A stretch of 64,000 nucleotides of DNA from Octopus sinensis. Taxonomy: Eukaryota. Below the pieces are notes generated by a model. The model was not told the origin of the DNA. It saw only the letters and a list, made by a program, of their open reading frames with translations, and did no database searches. Positions 15,209 to 27,200 of this stretch are shown here, in pieces. The position numbers were made by a program, and so were the translations under genes. How positions within the stretch are numbered: position 1 is the first letter of the stretch; every line of letters starts with the position of its first letter. The stretch lies in contig NC_043011.1 in assembly GCF_006345805.1 (NCBI RefSeq), positions 18,240,464 through 18,304,463 of the forward strand, written 5' to 3'.

Positions 15209-15868
15209 CAAAAACTAAGTCAATGTATGAAAACATTTTCTTTACATTCTTCTGACATAATGACTCAAATATATATTTTTTAACCTTTTAAAACAAGCCT
15301 TCTGTAGTTTTTTCACTTTTTACTATTTTCTATATATTCAACCACGTGCTTTCACACACCAACTTTCTCACCTATATATATATAAATATATATGTATGTG
15401 TATGTGTGTGTTTGTGTGTATGTGTTTGTCCCCCCAACATAACTTAACAACCGATGCTGGTGTATTTACGTCACCGTAACGTAGCGGTTCGGCAAAAAAC
15501 ACCGATAGAATAAGAAGAATAAGTCCTGGGATCGATGTGCTCGACTAAAAGCGGTGCTCTAGCATGGCCAGAGTCAAATGAGTGAAATAAGTAAAACAGT
15601 AAATAAGAGTAAAGAGTATATGTATATGTTTGTGTGTCTGTGTCTGCGTTTGTACGTGTGTATGTGTATGCGTGGGTGTATAAACATATACACACACACA
15701 CATATATATATATATGAGGGGCTTCGGAATGTTTTGAGCCTTCAAGTCTAGTAGCTTCATCAAAAGTCATCTACAATGTTATTTTTTTTATTTTTGAGGC
15801 TCAAGACTTTTCATAAACAACTCGTACATTTATGTACGTTTAGATACATATACATATATGTATATATA

Positions 15869-15924
<56 letters not shown>

Positions 15925-16154
15925 CGTATGTGTTCTTTTTTATGTAAATATATATATTTCCTTGACTTGCCGTGCTTAACCCTATGAACTGAATGTGTGT
16001 GTCAAGAGAAAAGAAAAATGGAGAAGGAGAGGGAGGAACATTTTATGATATGGTAATTTCTTGTTGTACACTCTCCAAACTAAACATTGGTGAGATTCCT
16101 ATGACTAGACGCATTTAGTCCTTGGCCATACCTAAAATGTATTGTTTTCCAGAA

Positions 16155-16193
<39 letters not shown>

Positions 16194-18949
16194 CAACATT
16201 ATGTGTATTTCATTTTGTATTATTTAGTAAGCTGCTATCCCTACACGTTCAGCGTCCATTTAGAATTTTTTTTTCCTATTTCATGTGCTAACTGTTGCTA
16301 GACATTAGCCGGTGTTAGCAAGTTTATTATCAGCCAAACCGGTATTAGATTTAATGATATGCCGTATGCAGTTGATGTGTGATCAAAAGTGTTACAAGCA
16401 TAACAGATAGGAACATTTGTATATATATGAAATGCTTTGTCACACTGTTGTATCTTTTTTCCATAATTCGTGACGAAAAAGTGTATTTTTAGGATATTAT
16501 TTGTTATGTCTCCTGAAGTCAGAGGCACTACTATATAATCGATTTTTCATAGATTTTGGAAGAATATGATTAACCCTGCACAGATATGTGTAGCACTTCA
16601 TATGCTTCAAAATAAAGAAAATTACACACGTATTAATCGACTTCAGATGATAATATGAAGTTATTGACAATTATTATCTTAATTTACACATATTAACCAC
16701 GTTCTGTTAATGACTGTAAATGATGTAGGAAACCGTGTCATTGTAATATTTCCTTGCTAACAACAGCAGCGGCGGCATTCAGCTATTTTTGCTTCTTACA
16801 GCGGCTACATGAAACCAATTCTAATACGATCACTTGAGTCATAAATGCCTTTAGTGAAGTTTAGACCTACTAAAATTACTAAGATTTCACGACGCTACGA
16901 CAAGCACTGCAAGTTTATGTGTGTGCTAAAACCAATTTCCTTTTGGAAGACATGTGCAAGTTATTAGAAGGAATTAGGTCGTATGTAGTCTATCAGCAGA
17001 GTATCGTAGAAGCACAGGTTTCTATGAGTCTTATCCAATGATGTCATAATTGGCCATATACAATGGTTCGGATATTGGATTATTTCAGTCGTAGAGTCAT
17101 TGTCTCTTCTCTATCCCCTCATAAACACAGAAAGGGAAATTGCCAATATTCACATTATTAACAGTGACATGATTATACAGGTATTCCTCTGTATTTTCTC
17201 TGTAACAAAAGGTATTTTTAACACCACTCCAAAATCATTCAAGTACCATACATCACTTGGTGCATCACTAATATCTACGTTATAACATCATTTAGGTATT
17301 CATTCTCAGTGTCATTGATGCATACTACAATTCTAGTTCCTAAGCCATATTGATAAATATTTACGGGGTATCATATTTCTTTCGAAACATAGAAGATGCA
17401 AAGATGGGGGAACCTATACATTTTGAAGTATTGTTGCCATCTGAAATTTTCATTTAAGAAAGTACATAAATAAGTATTACACGAATAAAATATATTCTGT
17501 CAATAAATAAAAGCATGCAGAAAGACACATATAAACAAATAGAATATTTTAATTTAAATAAAGATGAAAAAAGAAAAACTATCGCGAAATTGATTTAAGT
17601 TATTTAATCTAAGACTTAATTTTTTTTAGTATACTTTAAAATTAAACTCTAAGCTGTTTGTTGAACATGTACAAAAATTCAAATATAGATAAAATATAGA
17701 AACTAACTTTGTTTATTAAGTAGCAGTGGTGCCAATTTATGTCAAAACCCCTTGACAAATATATCTAATCTTGTTCATAAAATACCTTAGAAATGAAACA
17801 AAAAAGAAACTCAGAAGAAACTCTAATAGATTACTTTTCAATTTTAATTTAATCACGTTAACAAGTAAGCTTAAGCCATTTCTGATGAAAACAATGTTGT
17901 TATTGTCAATTCAATCTAAATTGACTTAATGCCAAAATCAATATGGATATTCCGAAATGCAAATTTAGAGAAGAGATCACGTTAAAAGCTAGTGTGCTCT
18001 TTCTTGGCTTTCGTTGTTGAAGTAGCTATTGTCTGTTTAAAATCACTATTTGCCGGTGGGTAATGAAAGATAGGTAGAATTATTCAAGGAAACTCGACAT
18101 ATATTTTCCAAATTGCCTTCTCATCGCGCTAGACATCTGATAAACATACAATTCACTGAATTCACAAGAAAATAGCTCTTTCAAACAATAATCGTTGACA
18201 TTCCCTCTGTTTGAATGTTCAGAGAAGGAAATGCAATTCCCAAGGTTTACATTTTAAACATACTTCCATGCAGCTGCAAACTACATTTTCAAGTCTTTCA
18301 GCATATTATTCGTGTATTAGAAACGCAACCTGTAATATTTCATTCATATTTAGTGAATGTAGAATTAATGCGGACGTTATTCCTTTTTGCTGGAGTATCA
18401 GATGTTGATATATATCGCTGATCATACCTCACTTCGATTCTTCCCTTGATTGTGCCTTTCTTTTCTATTTGGGCAGAAATTGCTTAAATGTCTTATATTC
18501 CTTGTAACTGAAAGCCGAGTGATATCGTCAGAAGTTTTAGATGCCAGTCATCAAATATTAGCTTCCATCTGTAGTCCTAGAAAATCTCAAAGTGTCGTGC
18601 TCTAGAGATCTAGGTTATACCTACGGTTTTATTAGAATCGATATACAAACATTTGTTCTCAGATGCTAAAGTGTGAGAGGGGAAAACAAACCTGATAATA
18701 GATAGATACATTATTCATCGAGTAGAAAAAAATTAAGACAATAACTCATGTGGATGGTTTTCAAATCGGAGGTAGAAAAAGCCCGGATGTGTACTATATA
18801 TTTTACCTCGTCTATCAATATAGTACCCTCTTTTTTGTTTGAACTTTAAATACATCATTACACTAGCAAAGCATCCCGGCGACCATTGACTCTTTGTTTG
18901 CCTATCTTGTCATGTCCTGCCCATTCGAAAAACTGATTAAACCATAAAA

Positions 18950-19105
18950 TAATAGTAATAATAATAATCATAATAATAATAACAACAACAACAATTATAA
19001 TAATAATGATGATGATGATGATGATTATAATAATAATAATAATAATATTAATAATAATAATAATAATAATAATAATGATGATAATAATAATAACAATAAT
19101 AATAA
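18950..19105. repeat. (AAT)n/(AAC)n/(GAT)n microsatellite
   Basis: Directly visible. Confidence 0.95.
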
Positions 19106-20756
19106 TGCTAAAGTGAATGACAAATAAATAGTGGGTGTTTTTAATTGACAAGAAAACATCTCAAAGTATAACAATATATAGTTCAACATACAATTTCACA
19201 TCAAACAAAATCATTGCAAAACAAAATCATAAGTGTGATATAAGAAATGTATTTATCAAATGCAAGTGAATTTCTGAAACGTGTGAAAAAGTGCATCAAA
19301 CTCTTCGCTGATATATCTGGTTTTTTTTCTAATTGCACAAAAATCTAAATCAGACATCTGTTAAAGATATCTTAGCGAAAACATACATTTGACGGATACA
19401 TTTATATAGACTTCAGATTTTGCGTAAATTTCTTAAATATAAAAATATGGTTATTTTATCTAATACTAATAGCAGTGTTTCTAGAAATGGAAAATTTTAT
19501 TATCTTTTTCCCCCCGAAAGCAATTGGATAAAACTAAATACAAACCTGTTATTTCCATAATCTGTTGTCTCTAAACTATAATTTGAATAAAGACGTATAT
19601 TTAACAAATAAAGAAAAATGTTGTACCACAACATCATAACTAAACTATAAAATAAGAAAATAACTTCCACGAAGTTTTATGGCAAAATATAATTCATTTG
19701 TACTAATTTTGTTTTAAGATTTTATAATTTATATCAATTAACATACACATTTATTTCAACTTGTCACCTATGGTATTCCTTTTGAAGATTTGTGCAGACA
19801 TCTTTTTTGCACCACTTTCGTCTTGTCTTTAAAGAGTTCTTTGAGTTAAAAGAGTTCAAACATAAAAAAATGTAATTAGTAAATAAATACTTCAAAGAAC
19901 ACGCCAGAGTAAAACAACCATCTCCTTTCAAATCGATATAATTATTTACATAAAATCAATTTCAAATATCGGTACTATAGAAACATTCTTAAGCCTTCTA
20001 AATTGAAAATAAAATTACTTGAATTATTATTTTGATTAACCGTGTAAACCAATCAATAATAACAAATAAACATGTTAAACCTTCAAATTTAATATTATGG
20101 TATATACGCAAAACGGATATCTTGTAAATTTCATCTTGATTGCTATGAAATGAGTTCAGTAAAAAAACACTACACTTCAAAATCACAAACAAGATTGAAA
20201 TTTTTCTCACATGAACCGCGGCTACCTCTTTTTCAATACTGAAGATTTTCTATTTTTGTTGAAAGGTGAGAAACTGAAGATTGTATGTAATCATATTATA
20301 CTGAGGTATATATTTTCGATATCTCTTTTAACACAATCCATGGAAAGAATCGATCTCAAATCTAGGAGTGGCTAAGTTAATACTTGTCAAAATTATTCTT
20401 TACTCTCTACTTCAGCAATATAAAATTTGAAGATTTGCAGCCCTAATTTACTGAGAGACAAGCACAAATACGGTATTTGAGTACATTTTACCTACACAAA
20501 CCTCAGTTGTGTACTGATCAAATTTATAGAACTTCAAAATACTGTTAAAATCTATCAGTGTGTTAGAACACTATGTAAGTTGTAGAGATTTGATAGAGTG
20601 TAACTGAAATAGGTGTTTAGGATTATAAAATACTATAATATCAAATTCGTTGGATACAAGGGTTTATGAGATTATTCGGCAATTGCTATTTTGTCTTAAC
20701 GCACACACACCCACACACCCACACATACACACACACACACACACATATATATATAT

Positions 20757-20876
20757 GTTGGCCTGCTCGCTTAACCAGCGCGATGGCGTCATTTGAATGC
20801 TAAAACAATGTGAAGCGCATTGTGACCAGCGATGTGTAGCAACATCTGATATCCTGGTCGGTCACGGTGATCACGG

Positions 20877-20880
<4 letters not shown>
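20757..20880 (+). mobile_element. Probable SINE 3' fragment inside a (TA)n tract
   Basis: GC-richer 120-nt island between microsatellites, ending in the short tandem TCACGGTGA-TCACGGTGA. Family assignment from memory only. Confidence 0.45.
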
Positions 20881-20936
<56 letters not shown>

Positions 20937-21689
20937 ATGTATATATTGCACTAGTTCGAATGAGTTGAATTTTCGAGAGAACTACTGTCTTGTACACTTT
21001 TGCGTAAAATATACGACATATGTATATATGCGAGTAGCAATGAAAATTAAGACTATTATTTCTCACAATTTTTGTCGCAAATAAAATAATTGGTGGTATT
21101 ATGTAGTCAAACGCTTTCTCTTACACAGTAATTAAATAATATTTCATTGCGCCCAAATGTTGATGGTCTCAAATGTTGCCAAGTACCTGACATCTCTAAT
21201 CTGCGACCAAGCATTTATCTCATACAAAATTGAAAAGGGCATTATAATAATACAGTGAATCAATTTACGGATTAAATAGTTGTTTTCGTTACAGCTTAAG
21301 CAAGACAGAAGTCACTCTCCATGGTATTCTGCACGAACGACGTCGTGAAAACGAAGACTTCGCCCGAATGATTTCACTTGCGTAGATTCCGCTAATTCAC
21401 CGACATACGTAGTAGTTTAGTTATACTGGGTTGTGGATTAAAAATTGTCCAAGATTTCGCAAGAAGTTCTGAGGCAATCCCGTAAAGCAATACGTATCTC
21501 TGGATGAACTTGACGCTGATGCTTGTTTGTTGGGCGAAGCGGTCTTTCGTCCCAGAACTCGCAAGATCGCGCCTCTGTAGTGGGATAAGTCCGAAACGTG
21601 GTCCTTTGCGATTCGTATGACCCACAGAAGAGGAAGCAGGTCAACCCCCGACGCCAAGATTATCGACGGATGGAAGTCGGGGACAAGGA

Positions 21690-21880
21690 ACAGGAAGAAA
21701 GAGCGAGAGAAAGTTGGCGTGAAAGAGTACAACAGTGGTCACCACTACCCTCTGCCGGAGCCTCGTGCAGCTTTAGGTGTTTTCGTTCAATAAACACACA
21801 CGACGCCCGGTTTGGAAATCGAAACCGCGATCCTCCGACCGCGAGTCCGCTGCCCTAACCACTGGGCCATTGCGCCGCCA
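21690..21880 (-). mobile_element. tRNA-derived SINE (family B head)
   Basis: Minus strand begins GGCGCAATGGCCCAGTGGTTAGGGCAGCGGACTCGCGG..GGTTTCGATTTCC (Pol III A and B boxes). The 3' boundary is uncertain; GC-rich sequence continues to ~21300. Confidence 0.8.
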
Positions 21881-22284
21881 CTGACGCTGACGCTACAGAA
21901 TTATAATATAAAATACGCCGGATGAGAGTGCTTTGAATTATTATGACTATCGAGAATAATAGTGCCTATTTCGAAAGGGCATTTCCGTTTGATTGTTTTA
22001 CGCAAATTCGGGAAAAGCTTTCCTTTCATTATAGGAAAAGTGAAACAGTTATGCAGAATTTCCTACTACATCCACTATCGGTGCTCCTTTGCTTAGTACT
22101 GTTTACAAAACACATTTTACCTATACTGAAAATACAATTTACTTGGATATCTGCTTGAACATGTTAATTATGCTTGAATATGAGTTGGTCGGTGAATCAT
22201 TGGACAAGTCCGAACTCGGGGATATTAGTTATATAATTTATGTATATATATTATTACAGGAATATGATGTTACAGAAATATTAC

Positions 22285-22479
22285 TTTCTGCTATAGGTAC
22301 AAGGCCTGGAATTTTATGGGTAGCGGGCAAGTCGAATCCAGTGCTTGACTGTTACTTATTTTATCGACCCCGAGATGTTGAAAGACAAAGTCCATTTCGG
22401 CCAAGTTTGAACTCAGTATAGAATCGGAAGATAAGCATTTTGCCCGGTGCAGTAACTAATCTGCCAGCTCTCTGCCTTA
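22285..22479 (-). mobile_element. SINE family C, diverged copy
   Basis: TTATCGACCCCGA..AAAG.CAAAGTC..TTTGAACTCAG..AAGCATTTTGCCCGG..CTGCCAGCTC matches the reverse complement of 42746-42900. Confidence 0.8.
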
Positions 22480-23368
22480 TGGAACAGAACTATTATAACA
22501 TATAACACTCTTTGTTTAAGAAAATGAAATTATTATCTGCCTTTCTATAATCCTAAAGCGAATGTTAAGCAATAAGCCAGCCATAAATATACTTAGCACG
22601 TTACTTTTGTCATTCCCTTTATTATTTTCAGTCAAGATTCGATTTCTAATTTTATATCGCATTGTTGAATTTTAGGCTTAAAGACGTGCTTTTCGTCTAA
22701 TTTTCGAGGAATTTGAAGGAAAGTAAGGAAACCATTTAGACCATATACGGCTTAATCAGAATACGACAGAGAACTTTTAAAATACATTTCAAAACAACAG
22801 CATGTGGTATCTTAATGTAGATATAATTAAATCCTACAGATGCATCTTCATTTCTAGGGGTTATTTCAGTATTTGAAACAGGAAAAGTTGCATACATAGA
22901 TGTCTGTGCGTCTACATATAAATGAATAATACATATTTGGAATGGAATCAACTATCGACGGAAGAATAGGATAGTAAGGGAAAAGAGAGTAATGCAGAAA
23001 TTATAATATTTCTAGGTAACAGAGTTACGTATTAATGTTTGTGATATCATTTGAATAAATGCTGCTTGGCTAATGTTGGTTACATATAATAGTTGAAATT
23101 ATACATTATTAATACGAAAATTTGAAAATTCATATTTTTGAACGTGCAATCATAGATAAGATTCAGCTGCGTAATAACTTTATAGTAAAAACAAAAGTTT
23201 AAGATTAATATATTACAGGAAATAGTGTATTTATTTATGTTCAATACAATATGTTTGTAACTATTATTCCCTGAGGTAGGAAGATAAACTTCTAGCATGA
23301 TTTCACACACACACACACATACACACACACACAAACACATACACACATATATAATATATACACACATG

Positions 23369-23417
<49 letters not shown>

Positions 23418-24424
23418 GCATATGTATGTATAGATTTATATACTGACGCACACATATTTATATATATATATGTACACATAAGTATATATACATTCATGTA
23501 TATTTATAGGCACGTATATATATATATATATACTTGCATGTGTGTTTGTGAATCATTACGAATATTTGCATATGGACACACATATAAAGGGACGTGTGCG
23601 CACACAAACATATATGGTGAACGGTGGGGTGATGTGCATGATCACTTATGCTTGCAGCAGAGCGTATGCTTCCGTGTATGAGTATATTCAATACAGTTTC
23701 TCACCTTATTTTCTCAAAGAAAACTTTGGACATTCAGGGAGCTGCAACAGGAATTAAAAGAACTTAGACAATCTTTTTAATCTTATCTTCTCTTTTAGCA
23801 TGATTGTATAGTCTAATACACCGGCTAGATTTTTCTGAATTAAGTATTTGTTGTTCAGATTAATAAGAATAACGTAAAAGTTAGCTACACTTGGTCCCAA
23901 ATAATTAACACCACGATATACCGTGCTGCTTAGAGTATAAATCTTCAGAAATGACCATAATGTTATTGTAACGACTATAGATTTATGTCATTAGTGCCTG
24001 GATTTCAAAAGAAATCCGCATATTGCGTCACACTATCTATAGAATCCTGAATGAAATCATAGCAAACATCACATGTTCTTAATTTTCTCCAAGCTTTCCG
24101 ACCGTATATATATAATCTACCAAGTCTCTTTCTTTATGCATCCGAAAGATAAATATTATATTTGACAAAACCTCTTTTATCGTTCTATATATTTGGCAAT
24201 ATTATTTGATTCCAACGTAGTGGAAACAAATATAAGACACACAAGAGTTCATGTAACCTTCGGGATGTTAAACATGCTCGATTTAGGCGTGTAGGTGTAT
24301 ATTTATGAAGAAAAGTACCACTGAAATAAAAAAAGCGCTTAAGCAAATTACTACTGATATTTTCCCGTGAAATATTTACTAATTTTGTATGTGTTGAGAG
24401 AGAAACAAAGTGAGTGAGACAGAA

Positions 24425-24456
<32 letters not shown>

Positions 24457-24759
24457 TATGAGAGCAGTTATAAAAAGTGATGAAAATGAAATACATAAAT
24501 TTGCCATGAATTAAATAAATATACAAATAAATATTTATAAATTTAATATATCTTTTGTAAGCAAAATAACAGTATACGAAGATAATAATCACTCTGTTGC
24601 TAAAAAAAGACCCAGCAAAATAAATAAATAATCTAAATTCATGGAAAACGAAATGTCCATCCATAGTAATTGCTTCAATCAGAAGACGTCGAAACATAAT
24701 AAGACATAAATAGAAATTTAAAAAATCTTCCCTAAATTTATACTAATATTGATTTGAAA

Positions 24760-24948
24760 TGTTGGCACTATGCCAACAATTTCGGTGGGTCGGGATAGAT
24801 TACATAGATTGGTTCTTATTTTATCGACCCTGCAAACTGGAAAGGTAAGGTGGACGTCGGCGGAATTTGAACTGAGAACATAAATAAGGCCGAAATGCCG
24901 CTCAGCATTTTCCCTGGCGTGCTAAAGATTATGCCACCTTGCCGCCGT
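24760..24948 (-). mobile_element. SINE family C, diverged copy
   Basis: TTATCGACCC..TCGGCGGAATTTGAACTGAGAAC..AGCATTTTCCCTGGCGTGCTAA..GCCGCC. Confidence 0.8.
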
Positions 24949-26955
24949 TAGGCAATACTGTTACACTGCTCATCATAATTGGTAAGGGATAAATTTTAAG
25001 TTATGTTTAGCATATGGGATAGATTCAAAATACAGATTTTGTACGTGAGTTTATGTTAACTCTTCAGGAAAGATATGGGTGAATACATATTTAAGCCTGA
25101 AACAAAGCTTATGTAAAACCGTGTTTCGACAGTGGTAAAATAACAGTGAATGAGCCGCTTAAGTATGAAGTATAAAAATAGATTAAGCAAGGAAAAGGCG
25201 CATTAATATCATTAGTAAAATTATACACATGCACTCACACGCGCACACGGACATACAGATATATGTGTATATGCGTGGGGATGTGTGAAGCGGAATTTAT
25301 TATCAAAACTTTAAATTCTGTGATGGTAAAAACTTTTTTTACGTGCGACTTCATCACTCAAACTTCACGATCGTTCTTCCTAAATGCTCAGAGAGTGATA
25401 AAACTTGATTATACGTAAGATTTGACAAATTGTATTTTTGAGTACATGAAAACATTAACATTCTGGAGGTTCTCTACTCTTATGTACGCAAGTGTTACCC
25501 GCAGAAAAATACATTACACATCATTATTTTCTCTAGGGAGAAATAAATTGTTGCTATATTATTCATGCGAATGAACGCCATTTGAAAATTAAATTAAGAT
25601 ATCGTGTGAAGCAAGCGTCTTTCAGAAGTAGTATTAATGTCTTTACAATATAAAATCCATAAGTTATCAAATATTGACCTCCATGATAATGTCCAAAACA
25701 AATCCTGCGACGTATCAGTTGAACCTATACAAAACAACACACGTCAGAAGGGATCATTTCGAAAAAAAAAAGAATAACTTGCGAGATAAGAACATCAAAA
25801 ATGGTTTATAATACTTAACGAACTATCACAAATATTAATGTGCTAAAAATATTCATGAAAGCGAACGATTGAAATGGCATCCACAAGTGAGAACTGAAGT
25901 TATTTTAATGCAAATTAGGCAACAGAATGCCATACATATATTGTCCATACATCAACCGATGAAACAAACATCTTCATTCTAAATGTAATAGGATATCTAA
26001 GATTACAAGGGAAAGAAATCATGTAATTGCCCCCAAATCCCAACAGATTAGCTAGACCGCTAAATACAAACAATAAATTATTAAGTGACAGTAGAAACAA
26101 GTTTGAAATCGATAAACTCAGAAAACTATAAAAGAAAAAGAAAGAAATTTACGCACATATCACACAAATTGAAACTTCTGGGTTGAAATACACATGAGAG
26201 AGAGAGTGAAAGAGAGAGAGAGAGAGAGTGAAAGAGAGAGAGAGAGAGAGAGAGAGAGCGGGGTGGAGACTAACTATATTGAAGTATATAAAAAACAATG
26301 AATATAAAACAAAGAGCAATATTAGCCTTTTATATCAACACTTCATTAAAATAGAAGCAGAGCTGTGAAACTCGGTGCCACAACAAGTTCCGTAATATAA
26401 GAACAGTTAATGTATAATACATTCTAAAGAAGTTATAAGCGATTACATAAAAAGGCCACTGACCTGAAATGAGATCGTGTTACGTTGAAAAGTATAATAA
26501 CTAATCAAAATATACAGGGAAGTTGATAATACAACTGTTGCTACTTTTACTTTCATAAATGTGATTCTTGGGGATGTTTTGACGCTGGAAGACCCGAATT
26601 GCATGCATTTCATTTTTCCTACTTTATTTCACTCGAAGATTAGAAAGGCTAAATTGAGTAACATTAAATCAATATGAATTATTATTAACAATAATGTGAA
26701 ATTAACGACATGGTATATTCTTTAAGAAAAATTGTTCTCGACGGAGAGTTCAGAAATTTAGTGACAAAACCATATGGCAAAGCACTTAGCAAAAGTGGAC
26801 CAAAAGAGGCTTAGGTTTATTTTGCAGTAGATAGACGTAACATCTAAATGTATCACTCCGCCCCTGGAACATCATACATAGGTCATGTTAAATAACAGTA
26901 TGAGGGATGAATAAAAATATCATACGCAAAAGAGATAGTATATGGTATTTACAGT

Positions 26956-27200
26956 GGAGGCGCTGTGGCTTAGTGGTTAGGGTGTCAGCAACATGGTCGT
27001 AAGATTGTAGTTTCGATTCCTGGACCGAGCGTCGTGTTGTGTTTTTGAGCAAAACACTTCATTTCACGTTGCTCCAGTCCACTCAGCTGGCAAAAATGAG
27101 TAACGCTGCGACGGACTGGCGTCCCATCCAGCTGGGGCACACGTACGCCATGGAAACCGGGAAACCGGTCCCATGAGCCTTGCTAGGCTTTAAAAAAAAA
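26956..27200 (+). mobile_element. tRNA-derived SINE with Meta-domain-like body and A tail
   Basis: A box TGGCTTAGTGG, B box AGTTTCGATTCC, then CTGCGACGGACTGGCGTCCCATCCAG..GGAAACCGGG (resembles the MetaSINE central domain, from memory); ends in an A run. Confidence 0.75.

Larger units (their letters stand above)
14999..15372. mobile_element. ORF-less palindromic element made of two inverted Penelope-like terminal repeats
   Basis: Imperfect inverted repeat 14999-15332 centred on ACATCGATGT (15161-15170), plus a ~40-nt right-side extension. The arms match the terminal repeats of the GIY-YIG element at 52445-53712. Confidence 0.9.
14475..15616 (+). mobile_element. tRNA-derived SINE family A, split by nested insertions (head 14475-14640, tail ~15400-15616)
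   Basis: A-box-like TGGCTGTGTGG and B-box-like GGTTCAGTCCC. The tail (ACAACCGATGCTGGTG..AGCGGTTCGGCAAAA..AGCATGGCC..GTCAAATGA..AAGTAAAA) is the reverse complement of 14661-14870, and the head-microsatellite-tail order is intact in the copy at 34700-35120. Confidence 0.85.

Noticed and set aside
14999-15332. Classical MITE / DNA-transposon TIR interpretation of the palindrome
   Set aside because: The arms match the 3' region of a GIY-YIG retroelement and contain hammerheads; no transposase-type termini or TSD were seen.
15725-15770. TTGATGA motif on the minus strand as a possible hammerhead
   Set aside because: No GAAA and no consistent stems I-III.
16298-16528. 76-aa ORF with several Cys/His residues
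   Set aside because: No recognisable domain spacing and no convincing splice sites.
21559-21612. Hammerhead-like GGA-TAAG-TCC-GAAAC-GTG-GTC
   Set aside because: The upstream core does not fit YUGANRA; insufficient support.
21790-21880. Possible tRNA genes (also 26956-27030, 41960-42031)
   Set aside because: A and B boxes are present but there is no complete cloverleaf or acceptor stem, and each continues into a SINE body.
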